A DNA stretch of 60,018 nt, filler included. It is 6 parts of 6 records of this genome, joined end to end, with 100 filler letters (N's around TTAATTAATTAA, not from the genome) between each part and the next. Parts side by side here need not be neighbours in the genome. Positions count along the whole stretch, not along the records: positions 12,847 to 32,085 come from DRR378314_1854; 5 more parts are not named here. One strand, given 5' to 3'. Positions 18,719 through 27,027 of the stretch are shown piece by piece (positions within the stretch are counted from its first letter, which is position 1; every line of letters starts with the position of its first letter). The notes beneath the pieces are model-generated. The model did not search any database and was not told where the DNA came from. It saw only the letters and a program-made list of their open reading frames with translations. Position numbers and translations under genes: made by a program.

Positions 18719-21700
18719 TTATCTATTTTCTACATTATCATGATCAAAATCTGGAGGTGTATTTTTGAATATTTTAGTATCCTGGCCGGAGACCCTATTT
18801 TTTTGGAATTCGCGAAGTTTTTTAATATTTACATTTCCTAGTAACACTACACTGTTTTCTCCTCCTTTTAATCTAAGAATATCTTTGGTTTCAGTTTTAG
18901 ATGGTGCCGTAATCCTTGAATCACCAAAATCGGAGCTATTAGCTTGTACGAAATAACAGTGTACATCCCTTGTTACAGTCTCAACTATATTTGAGAAGTA
19001 ATTAATATCTTGATTGTATTCCGAAGCAAACAATAAATCTACTTTAGACTTAAATAGTGCTCTATGATCAATATCTGCCAATTCGTAGCAATTGTAATTG
19101 CTAAAATGGATACCACCCCAAACAAATAGATTATAGAAGGCATTTTTGACATTTGGGACCCTCTTTCCCTTATCTATAATAGTTTTAATCTCATGTGGTG
19201 AATAGTGATTTTTAAGCCTCAAATTGACCACTACATCCTTTATGCCGTTATGTTCCATTGGCAGTAAAGTGGCTAAAAAATTATAACATATATTTCCAAT
19301 TCTAATATGTTCTAGGCCAACAATTATTGTTCTTTGCTTTCTTCTAGCTTGATCAGCTAAAATTGGAAGCCATCTATATGGAGTACTAACTTCAGGTAAA
19401 ATTAGAATATCCGATTTTACTTTTTCAGCATCATTTAGCAAATTAATGAATTCCCTACGTCTATCGATATCCGTATTTGGTTTACCAAATAAAGACTTTT
19501 CAATATTTAAGGTGTGGACCTTAGTATTGGCTACAGCAATTCGTAGGTTGTCAAAAATTCTCTTTGACTGTGGTATTTCAATTCGATTATAACTTAACTT
19601 ACTATTCGTAGTTTTATGACCTTCCTCAATTTTAAAGTAATAGTTTTTTAAATTATTAAGATGATCATTAATCTCTTTCTCTCTTTTATCAGTATAAAAA
19701 CCATTTCTTTGAGTATAGTTCACATTAAAAAACTCCTTAAAACTTTGGTCAAAAAGTGTTTGTCTTGAGGGCTCAAAGAAATCACCATCTCCATTCTTAG
19801 AGCTTGAAATCAAACTCCTCACAAAATCAATCAAATTGAATTCAAAGAGATAAATAAACCGGGGAGCGTATTTGAGTTTTCTTTTATCATATTCTAAAAC
19901 GCCGTTCTCAAAACCAATGGCAATATCACGGAGATAGTCATATTTTATGAGATTGGTCTTGTCATTCTGTGCGATATTTAAATAATTTAACAATGGAACA
20001 ACTACAAAGCTATTTCTCAATAAACTGGATGATATATAATCATTTTTAAGAGCATACACTTTTTTGTGAAAACTCTTGTTCAGCCAGTTATATCTGAAAT
20101 TTTTACATCGACTCTCCCACCAATTTTGGTCAACAAAGTTTGGGTTTAATGAAGTTGCAAGTGCACAGCAATTCATTAAGTAGTTGCCTAAATAGTCTTT
20201 AACACCTTCAACTGTTTTAGAGTTAATTTTCCTTTTATCTGAAGACTTTATTTTTTCAATAGAGGACACTGTTTCTTTAAAAAATCTCCAAAAAGCTTCC
20301 CTATCATTTATAATAACGAAATAGGTCAATACCTTTTCCCAAAGGTTAGAAAATTCCAAATTAACTATTCCTTTGAAGAAAGTAAGAATCTGTTCGGTTG
20401 TTTTGTCATCCTTTCGGTTATCGGACAAAAGGCTAACCTTTATTCGTTTTGCAAGGAAAATTGAAGCTCCATATTTACTTTGTTTAATATCTGCAACACT
20501 CCTTAATTTGTTAATTGTATCCGTATAAGTTAGTTCATAAACGCTTTCATCAAAATCATCATTAATATCACTCTCGTTGGGCAAGAACCAAAAAGCACTC
20601 GAGTTTTGTTCTATTTTCTTTTTGAACATATCCAGAACCGCCTGAGATTCTTTGCTTTCAAAAGAGTAAATCGTTATTTTTTCCTTTTGAATTCTTATTT
20701 TTTCATCATCCTTAAAATGATAAGTAAGCTCCCGGTCCTGTATTGATTTTTCCGTATTATCTGGAATAGCCTTGAAAATATTCCTTTCAATGAAAAATTT
20801 ATTTAGAAATGCCTCCAACGGGGACTTAAATTTATTTTTATCAAAATCCTTTGAAATTTTCGTATTACTTAAAACAATCAAAATGTCATCAACATACCTG
20901 CCATAGTAGGCCGGTGAAAGTTCTTCTTTGATTTTATTGTCGAATTCCTTTAAATACCAATTGGCTAATATCCCCGAAGATAAAATACCAATGGGCATTA
21001 TAGCCATGGAATCCTTAGGACATTTTGTTTGATAGACTTCATTAATTTTGAATATCATTTGTGTAAATAACAACCCACTTACACCTAATCCACTTGCAAT
21101 TCTCTTATGCAGTTTGTCTTGAAGATTTAAATCATACCCTATATTATAATAGTATTCTTTAATATCGAGTGAAAGTATAACAACATCGGTATCCTCTGCA
21201 ACGATACTTTTGGCAAGATCCACTCCTTTATCACGCCATTTTTGATACTGTTCAAAGTAAGGTTTGAATAATCTCAGACCATCAACAACGTTACCGTTTT
21301 CAGAATTTAACTCTAAGAAGTATGCATAATTATCCTTACTATAATCTTTGTGCAATATGTATCCTTCTCTAATTATCCATAAAATAGAAATTAGATGCAA
21401 CTCAACAGGTCCCTGAAAAAAATAGTTTATTTTTTTTAGATCATAATTCTTTTCCGAAAAATTATTGCTTATAATATTATCCCCACCAAAAACCTGTTCT
21501 CTCACAAAAGTTTTTGGAGCAATGAAGTAATCAATCGATTTTAATAAATCCTCAAAATATTTTTTCTTTGTTACCGGTGCATTTAAAAAGGCGACCAAGG
21601 CATCTAGTTTACCCTCAAAAACTTCTTCAATAGCTTCAAATTCTGCCAATTGTTGGCGAAGCAATAGTGAGAAGTTGTCATAATATACGTAACTCTTCAG

Positions 21701-21742
21701 TTTCCTATATGCTAAATCTATATCTTTCCTTTTAAATGCCAT
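18719..21742 (-). CDS. Reverse transcriptase fused to C-terminal nitrilase (carbon-nitrogen hydrolase) domain; DRT1/UG1-UG5-UG6-like defence RT
   Basis: RT motifs LSLDIKEYY, MPIGILSSGILANWYL and YYGRYVDDILIV (YVDD at 20885-20896). Nitrilase E-K-C triad: ILPE (E at 19391-19393), RLKNHY (K at 19211-19213), NCYE (C at 19088-19090). Confidence 0.9.
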   Translation of the reverse strand: MAFKRKDIDLAYRKLKSYVYYDNFSLLLRQQLAEFEAIEEVFEGKLDALVAFLNAPVTKKKYFEDLLKSIDYFIAPKTFVREQVFGGDNIISNNFSEKNYDLKKINYFFQGPVELHLISILWIIREGYILHKDYSKDNYAYFLELNSENGNVVDGLRLFKPYFEQYQKWRDKGVDLAKSIVAEDTDVVILSLDIKEYYYNIGYDLNLQDKLHKRIASGLGVSGLLFTQMIFKINEVYQTKCPKDSMAIMPIGILSSGILANWYLKEFDNKIKEELSPAYYGRYVDDILIVLSNTKISKDFDKNKFKSPLEAFLNKFFIERNIFKAIPDNTEKSIQDRELTYHFKDDEKIRIQKEKITIYSFESKESQAVLDMFKKKIEQNSSAFWFLPNESDINDDFDESVYELTYTDTINKLRSVADIKQSKYGASIFLAKRIKVSLLSDNRKDDKTTEQILTFFKGIVNLEFSNLWEKVLTYFVIINDREAFWRFFKETVSSIEKIKSSDKRKINSKTVEGVKDYLGNYLMNCCALATSLNPNFVDQNWWESRCKNFRYNWLNKSFHKKVYALKNDYISSSLLRNSFVVVPLLNYLNIAQNDKTNLIKYDYLRDIAIGFENGVLEYDKRKLKYAPRFIYLFEFNLIDFVRSLISSSKNGDGDFFEPSRQTLFDQSFKEFFNVNYTQRNGFYTDKREKEINDHLNNLKNYYFKIEEGHKTTNSKLSYNRIEIPQSKRIFDNLRIAVANTKVHTLNIEKSLFGKPNTDIDRRREFINLLNDAEKVKSDILILPEVSTPYRWLPILADQARRKQRTIIVGLEHIRIGNICYNFLATLLPMEHNGIKDVVVNLRLKNHYSPHEIKTIIDKGKRVPNVKNAFYNLFVWGGIHFSNYNCYELADIDHRALFKSKVDLLFASEYNQDINYFSNIVETVTRDVHCYFVQANSSDFGDSRITAPSKTETKDILRLKGGENSVVLLGNVNIKKLREFQKNRVSGQDTKIFKNTPPDFDHDNVENR

Positions 21743-21752
21743 ATGGTAATTT

Positions 21753-23000
21753 TTAATATTTTAACCTTTTCTTCCCCGTCAACAATTGCTGCATAAGGCC
21801 TTTCTTTTGTTTTTTTAATTGTTTCAGATGTTTTTCAAACAATTCAATTTCTTGGTCAGCTGATTTTAAAATTTTAGCAATCGCCACTTGCTCATCGTAT
21901 GGAGGTATTTTGATTTTAAGCTTGTTTAGTTCCTTTTTACTCAAAACCCTGTTTCGGCCAGCGCCACCTGGAGATATTAATTCTAATAAGTATCTAAATC
22001 GTTTGGATTGGATGAATTGTTTAAAAAAATCAGTATCACTAATCCCATCTTTAAATGTATAAGTTGGAAAACGATGCGAAACCAATGCTCCTGCATCTTT
22101 ATCTTTTACAATTGCCACAGCGCCCTCCCAAGCGAACGTGATATTCACAATTAAATCTTTTGGTTTAACTAAGTACAGTGTGTCAATCGCAATTTCCTCT
22201 GGTTCAAAACCCAAATTTTGGAAAGTACCTTTACAATGACTTCGAATCCCCAATTTTATAAATGCCGCTTCTGGTTTTTGAACAGGTCTTGGCGTATAAT
22301 CCAAGAAAAAATCAAAACGATTTATTTTCCAATCCTTTTCAAACCCTGACAAGCGTTTTTTACCAGAAAGCAATTTCTGCATTAATGCTTTTTTAAGTTG
22401 CTTTTTGGTGGCAATTAACTTAGTTTGTTTGGTAATGGCCGCATCCCAAACAGAAAGGCAGTTGGCTATCGTTTCTTGTTCTGGCAGAGGTGGAAGAGGA
22501 ACATTCAACCCACCGTATTCTTCACCATTAATGCCTGGTTGTCCACTTCGAACCGACATAACATTCACCCATTTCCAATAATTTTCAGACTGTGTAAAAT
22601 ACTTCAAATAAGAACTATTTAATATAGATTCTTTTATGGAAAACTTTATCAAAAATCCTGCATAAACCAATTCACCATCTTTAAGGTCATATAAATATGT
22701 TTTTCCTACGGTTGCACCTGTTCTAACAAAAACAACGTCGCCTTTTTGCAAAATGAAACTCTCATAATTTGGATCATCAACAGACATTTTTTTCTTTCTT
22801 GAAAAATTCCCCTCGTCATCAATATCCGTTATTCTCAGGTAGGCCGGTAAATCCTCCCTATAAGAAACAGCAGAAGCATTTATACCATAGGAACCTTTTG
22901 AATTACATAGCTCAACTAGTTTCTGAGTTTCCCAATCCATAGGAATCCATCCTAATTTGGTTTTTTTTAAGCAATTACTTTTCGTTTCTGCCTCTTTCAT
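21753..23000 (-). CDS. hsdS: Type I restriction-modification specificity subunit (two TRDs)
   Basis: LGWIP-DW N-terminus, LPPLPEQ and IPPYDEQ conserved repeats, KKALMQKLL and KKGLMQQLLTG helices. Confidence 0.95.
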   Translation of the reverse strand: MKEAETKSNCLKKTKLGWIPMDWETQKLVELCNSKGSYGINASAVSYREDLPAYLRITDIDDEGNFSRKKKMSVDDPNYESFILQKGDVVFVRTGATVGKTYLYDLKDGELVYAGFLIKFSIKESILNSSYLKYFTQSENYWKWVNVMSVRSGQPGINGEEYGGLNVPLPPLPEQETIANCLSVWDAAITKQTKLIATKKQLKKALMQKLLSGKKRLSGFEKDWKINRFDFFLDYTPRPVQKPEAAFIKLGIRSHCKGTFQNLGFEPEEIAIDTLYLVKPKDLIVNITFAWEGAVAIVKDKDAGALVSHRFPTYTFKDGISDTDFFKQFIQSKRFRYLLELISPGGAGRNRVLSKKELNKLKIKIPPYDEQVAIAKILKSADQEIELFEKHLKQLKKQKKGLMQQLLTGKKRLKY

Positions 23001-24346
23001 ATACCCGTTTCATTTTTATTTTCCACTAGGGCATTCAACTTTTGAACCAGTTGCCGAACACTCTGTTTTACGCTAGAGGTTAGAACTTCCAAATCTATTT
23101 TTTCATTGTACAAGTGCTCACTTTTTAAGTGATCAGGATAGTGGTGTTCAATCTCAAACTTATAATCGTGAAAATATAAAGTGAAGCCCAGGCTTAAACT
23201 TTCTTGCTTTGGAAGTAAAGGCTTAAATTCTTGTAAAAAGATGCGAAACTGAAGGTAGTCAATGGTAGCTAAATCATAACTTCCCCAATATTCTTCACGC
23301 TGATCTGGTAACCATTCAAATTTTTGGGCTTTTCCATTTTTGGTCATTATTTCAGCTTTATTAATGATAAATTTATCACGGAGCTTAGCCCATTGCCTAT
23401 CATATTCAAACAATACCGGAAGAAATACGGCAATTAGCACTTGATTAATATGATTATTTGACCTTCTTGGGACTTCTTTATTGCTGCCATTTATTTTCTG
23501 TTCAAGCAGTGCTAATTCCTTTTCTAAATCATCTGGTTCATCTATCGATTTTCCTTGAGCTGCGGCAATGGCTAATTCTGTTGTCTTTAAGGACTCTGTC
23601 GCAATCAGCTCCGCTAAAGGCAATGGATTCTCTAAAGAACTCAAGTTCAACATGCTGTAGTAAGTGTCCCTTTCCTCTAAACGGATAATTGCCGGTGTAT
23701 AGCCGCACTGCATCAAAATTAGATTGCCCAAAATACGAGATAATCTGCCATTACCATCACCGAAGGGATGTATCTGAATAAAGCGAACCTGGAATGCGGC
23801 TGAAATCAGAATGGGATGTAGATTGTATTTTCTCTTTTTCCGCTTTGGCTTTTCAATTTGATTATTTAGCCAATTAATAAGTGTATTCAATTCTTTAACC
23901 ACTTCTTCAGGAGGCAAAAAATCAATCCTTTCACCCGTGATGGTATATAAATAATTGGGTTTTGTCTTATATTTTCCAGGGGCTATTTCTGTTTTATCAT
24001 CGGTAAACGGCTCTACCAGGATCATCTGGTGTAAATCCATAATGAGTTTTTCAGATATCATTACATCTTTATCTACAAGACCAGTAAGCTTTTTCAAGGT
24101 TTCGTTATGGCCACGCATCTCAATATAGTCTCGAAATGGTTTACCTTTGGCGGTAATCCCATGCAGGATAAATGCCTTGGTTTCATGAGCCGTAAGGGTA
24201 TTACCTTCAATACTATTACTGTGGTAATTCCAATCCAGACGTAACTTTTGCTCAAGTTTATTTTGTTGTTCTTCACTTAATGGTCTTAATAAATCCAATT
24301 CAGATTTTTTTGCATCAAGTGCACTTATAATTTCAGGTAATTCCAT
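22997..24346 (-). CDS. Fic family protein (intact FIC motif, N-terminal autoinhibitory motif)
   Basis: HPFGDGNGRLSR canonical motif; SNSIEGN (S/T)xxxE(G/N) motif; stop overlaps the hsdS start. Confidence 0.93.
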   Translation of the reverse strand: MELPEIISALDAKKSELDLLRPLSEEQQNKLEQKLRLDWNYHSNSIEGNTLTAHETKAFILHGITAKGKPFRDYIEMRGHNETLKKLTGLVDKDVMISEKLIMDLHQMILVEPFTDDKTEIAPGKYKTKPNYLYTITGERIDFLPPEEVVKELNTLINWLNNQIEKPKRKKRKYNLHPILISAAFQVRFIQIHPFGDGNGRLSRILGNLILMQCGYTPAIIRLEERDTYYSMLNLSSLENPLPLAELIATESLKTTELAIAAAQGKSIDEPDDLEKELALLEQKINGSNKEVPRRSNNHINQVLIAVFLPVLFEYDRQWAKLRDKFIINKAEIMTKNGKAQKFEWLPDQREEYWGSYDLATIDYLQFRIFLQEFKPLLPKQESLSLGFTLYFHDYKFEIEHHYPDHLKSEHLYNEKIDLEVLTSSVKQSVRQLVQKLNALVENKNETGI

Positions 24347-24367
24347 ATTTGCATTGTTTGATTAGAT

Positions 24368-25897
24368 TTACTCTAAACCAAGTTCTTTTAAATAATTTTT
24401 CATTTCCGCTTGCACTCCGGCCAATTCCTTCTCCAATTGATCAATTTCTTGCTGAACCGCAGTAATATCTATTTCCTCCTCTTCCTCAAAAGTGTCTACA
24501 TACCTTGGTATGTTCAAGTTAAACTCATTCTCCATCATCTCGTCAAAAGGAGCTACATAACTATACTTATCCTCTAGAACACCCGCTTTGAGGTTACCCT
24601 TTTTAAAATTATAATAGGTATCTACAATGCGGTCAATATGTTTTGGAAGCAATTCATTCTGGTTTTTACCGCTGGCATATTCTTCACTCGCATCAATAAA
24701 CAGCGTATCCGTTCTTTTCTCTTTACCTTTATTGAAAATTAATATCGCTGCTGGTATACCGGTTCCAAAAAAGAGATTGGCGGGTAGGCCAATAACGGCA
24801 TCCAATAAATTATCTTCAATCACTTTTTTACGAATTCTTCCCTCTGCACTTCCCCTAAAGAGTACACCATGTGGTACAACGACTCCGATCATTCCAGTAT
24901 CATCATAGGCGCTTTCGATCATATGTAAAATAAAGGCCCAATCGGCTTTACTTTTTGGCGGAACTCCTCGCGAAAATCGGTGATATTTATCGTTCTCAGC
25001 ATCCTCAGAACCCCATTTGTCCAATGAAAAAGGTGGGTTTGCCACAACAGTATCGAACTTCATAAGATTGTCTCCCTCTGTATGCTTGGGGTTTCTAAGG
25101 GTATCTCCCCATCTTATGGAAGCATTGTCAAAACCATGTAAAAACATATTCATTACCGCTAATGCCCATGTACTGCCATTCGCTTCTTGCCCATAAAGCG
25201 AAAAGTCATTACCTTCCACTTGTTGTCCTGCTTTAATCAATAATGAGGCTGACCCACAAGTAGGATCGTAAATTCGTGCTCCTGGTTTCGACTTAGTCAA
25301 CTTGGCCAATAAAGTAGAAACTTGTTTTGGGGTGTAAAATTCTCCCGCTTTTTTCCCGGCATCACTAGCAAAATTTGAAATTAAAAATTCATAAGTATCA
25401 CCCAAAACATCTTGCCCATCAAGTGATGAAGGTTTTAAATCCAATTTGTTAAAATCGGTCAACAAGTTTTTAAGCCTCGCGTTCTTGTCTTTTTTATCAC
25501 CTAAATTACTGCTATTGAAACTAATATTCCTAAAGATACCGGCACCGTCAGAGCTTGTTAACTTTTCCCTATTCTGTTCTTCCAGGTCCGCAAGGGCAAT
25601 ATCTATTAGTTCGCCTATATTGGGTTCGTTTCGCTTGTCATAAAGATCACTAAAATGACTATGTGAAGGAACAATAAATCGCTCAGAAGCCATGGCTCTT
25701 TCCGCCCTGCGGACATCACCATCATATTTAATTAGGTGTTTTTGATATCGTTCCGTGTAGGTATCAGAAACATACTTTAAGAAGAGCATGACAAGAATAT
25801 AATCCTTGTACTGACTAGGATCAATAACCCCTCTAAAAGTGTCGCATGCCTGCCAAACCACCCTGTTTACATCCTCTGACGTAAGTTTTTTACTCAT
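24368..25897 (-). CDS. hsdM: Type I restriction-modification methyltransferase subunit M
   Basis: GEFYTP, DPTCGS, NPPF (m6A MTase motif IV), GVLFRG, NLNIPRYVD. Confidence 0.97.
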   Translation of the reverse strand: MSKKLTSEDVNRVVWQACDTFRGVIDPSQYKDYILVMLFLKYVSDTYTERYQKHLIKYDGDVRRAERAMASERFIVPSHSHFSDLYDKRNEPNIGELIDIALADLEEQNREKLTSSDGAGIFRNISFNSSNLGDKKDKNARLKNLLTDFNKLDLKPSSLDGQDVLGDTYEFLISNFASDAGKKAGEFYTPKQVSTLLAKLTKSKPGARIYDPTCGSASLLIKAGQQVEGNDFSLYGQEANGSTWALAVMNMFLHGFDNASIRWGDTLRNPKHTEGDNLMKFDTVVANPPFSLDKWGSEDAENDKYHRFSRGVPPKSKADWAFILHMIESAYDDTGMIGVVVPHGVLFRGSAEGRIRKKVIEDNLLDAVIGLPANLFFGTGIPAAILIFNKGKEKRTDTLFIDASEEYASGKNQNELLPKHIDRIVDTYYNFKKGNLKAGVLEDKYSYVAPFDEMMENEFNLNIPRYVDTFEEEEEIDITAVQQEIDQLEKELAGVQAEMKNYLKELGLE

Positions 25898-26448
25898 TGT
25901 ATTTTACTTTTTAATTGATATTCAAGTTTAATATTCCTTAGACTTTCTAATTTTAGAATTAATTTCGATTCATGTTTTTTTAGTTTATCCAAAGCAACGA
26001 TTTTTGTCTGGCTTGTCAAATCTGTCAGTTCAATGTCCAAGTCCCCAAGTATTCTTTTGTTAATGGCCGGTAATGCCGAACCACGACCATAACTTGTCAA
26101 TACTTCCTGAGTGGACCTTAAATTAATATACCAAGCCAAATACTCTGGAAGAACATTGGAGTTGATATTCCTTAATACCATAAAAATAGATGAAGCCACT
26201 GCAGGAAATTTAACCCCTTGGTAACAATGAGCTGAAAAACCATTGTGCCCTTTTGATAAAACTAAAACATCTCCCTTTTCCAAAAAATGTTTGTCCAGTT
26301 TTGAGGAATGAATAATGCCTGGTTCCATTAGCGGATCAAGTTTGTGAACTTCAACAAAATCGCTACCACCCAAGTAGAACACAGTTCCTTGAGGGTTTCT
26401 TCGCTCATTTATTCCCGAAGATATAGTTGCAATTTCAGATAATTTCAT
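25894..26448 (-). CDS. Half-size HsdS-like protein (single TRD-CR unit)
   Basis: MKLSEIATISSG, LEKGDVL, AVASS, LPEYLAWYIN, GSALPAI, then helix; ATG at 26448; stop overlaps the hsdM start (ATGA). Confidence 0.8.
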   Translation of the reverse strand: MKLSEIATISSGINERRNPQGTVFYLGGSDFVEVHKLDPLMEPGIIHSSKLDKHFLEKGDVLVLSKGHNGFSAHCYQGVKFPAVASSIFMVLRNINSNVLPEYLAWYINLRSTQEVLTSYGRGSALPAINKRILGDLDIELTDLTSQTKIVALDKLKKHESKLILKLESLRNIKLEYQLKSKIQ

Positions 26449-26498
26449 TTTAGTCGTTGTTATCAATGTACAAATATTGAAATTATATTTCGATTACA

Positions 26499-26506
26499 CA
26501 AATTTA
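26499..26506 (-). promoter_or_regulatory. Candidate Bacteroidota -7 promoter for the R-M/RT operon
   Basis: Minus strand TAAATTTG about 50 nt upstream of the first ATG; a chance match is possible in AT-rich DNA. Confidence 0.4.
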
Positions 26507-26619
26507 TTTTATTGTTATTAGCGTACAAATACTATCCTAGATAAGATTAAGCAGAGTGTTTTTAACCTTTTTGTATTTAAAAGACTCAGCATCTGGTCAA
26601 GTGAGGCACATTAAAATAT

Positions 26620-26685
26620 CCAAGTCTTACCAGTAAACTTTGCGCCTAGATCCTGTCCGATTTTTGTTGTGTTCGGGAAAATAAT
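26620..26685. repeat. Degenerate att-like core plus 45-nt conserved arm (copy A)
   Basis: 26641-26685 matches 32041-32085 at 41/45 positions; preceded by CCAAGTCTTACCAGTAAACTT, which resembles the att-like core. Confidence 0.85.
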
Positions 26686-26687
26686 CG

Positions 26688-26704
26688 TACCTGCCCGGCA
26701 GGTA
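26688..26704. repeat. Short perfect inverted repeat (REP-like)
   Basis: TACCTGCC-C-GGCAGGTA, 8-bp arms. Confidence 0.6.
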
Positions 26705-27027
26705 GAAGGCAAAAAACGGATAGGGTTCACATGCTTATTTAATTAGGAACGATATCACTTTTCGTGGTAGCAAGAACACGTGTGTTGGCAAGATTAAAGG
26801 CATGAGACGCACTTTTTCTAAGTTACATGCTTTTATTAGCGAGCCAATGGGGTTTGGAAAATCCAAATGAAATCGAGTCCATATTATTGGCAATTATGAG
26901 CTAGGAGAACTCAATACCATTACATACTCTAAAGTAGAAAACAACTTATAAGAGCCTACTTTCCCATATATACATAGGTATTTGATAATGACCGAATAAT
27001 ACCTATTTTTAAATCAAATAACATTGG

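Noticed and set aside
18719-21742. Group II intron or DGR interpretation of the RT
   Set aside because: No flanking intron RNA, no maturase/HNH tail and no TR/VR repeat pair; the C-terminus is a nitrilase domain.
21743-21752. Retron msr/msd or DRT2/DRT9-type ncRNA upstream of the RT
   Set aside because: Only 10 nt separate hsdS from the RT start; no retron VTG signature was seen after YVDD and no structured RNA is evident. A trans-encoded RNA cannot be excluded.
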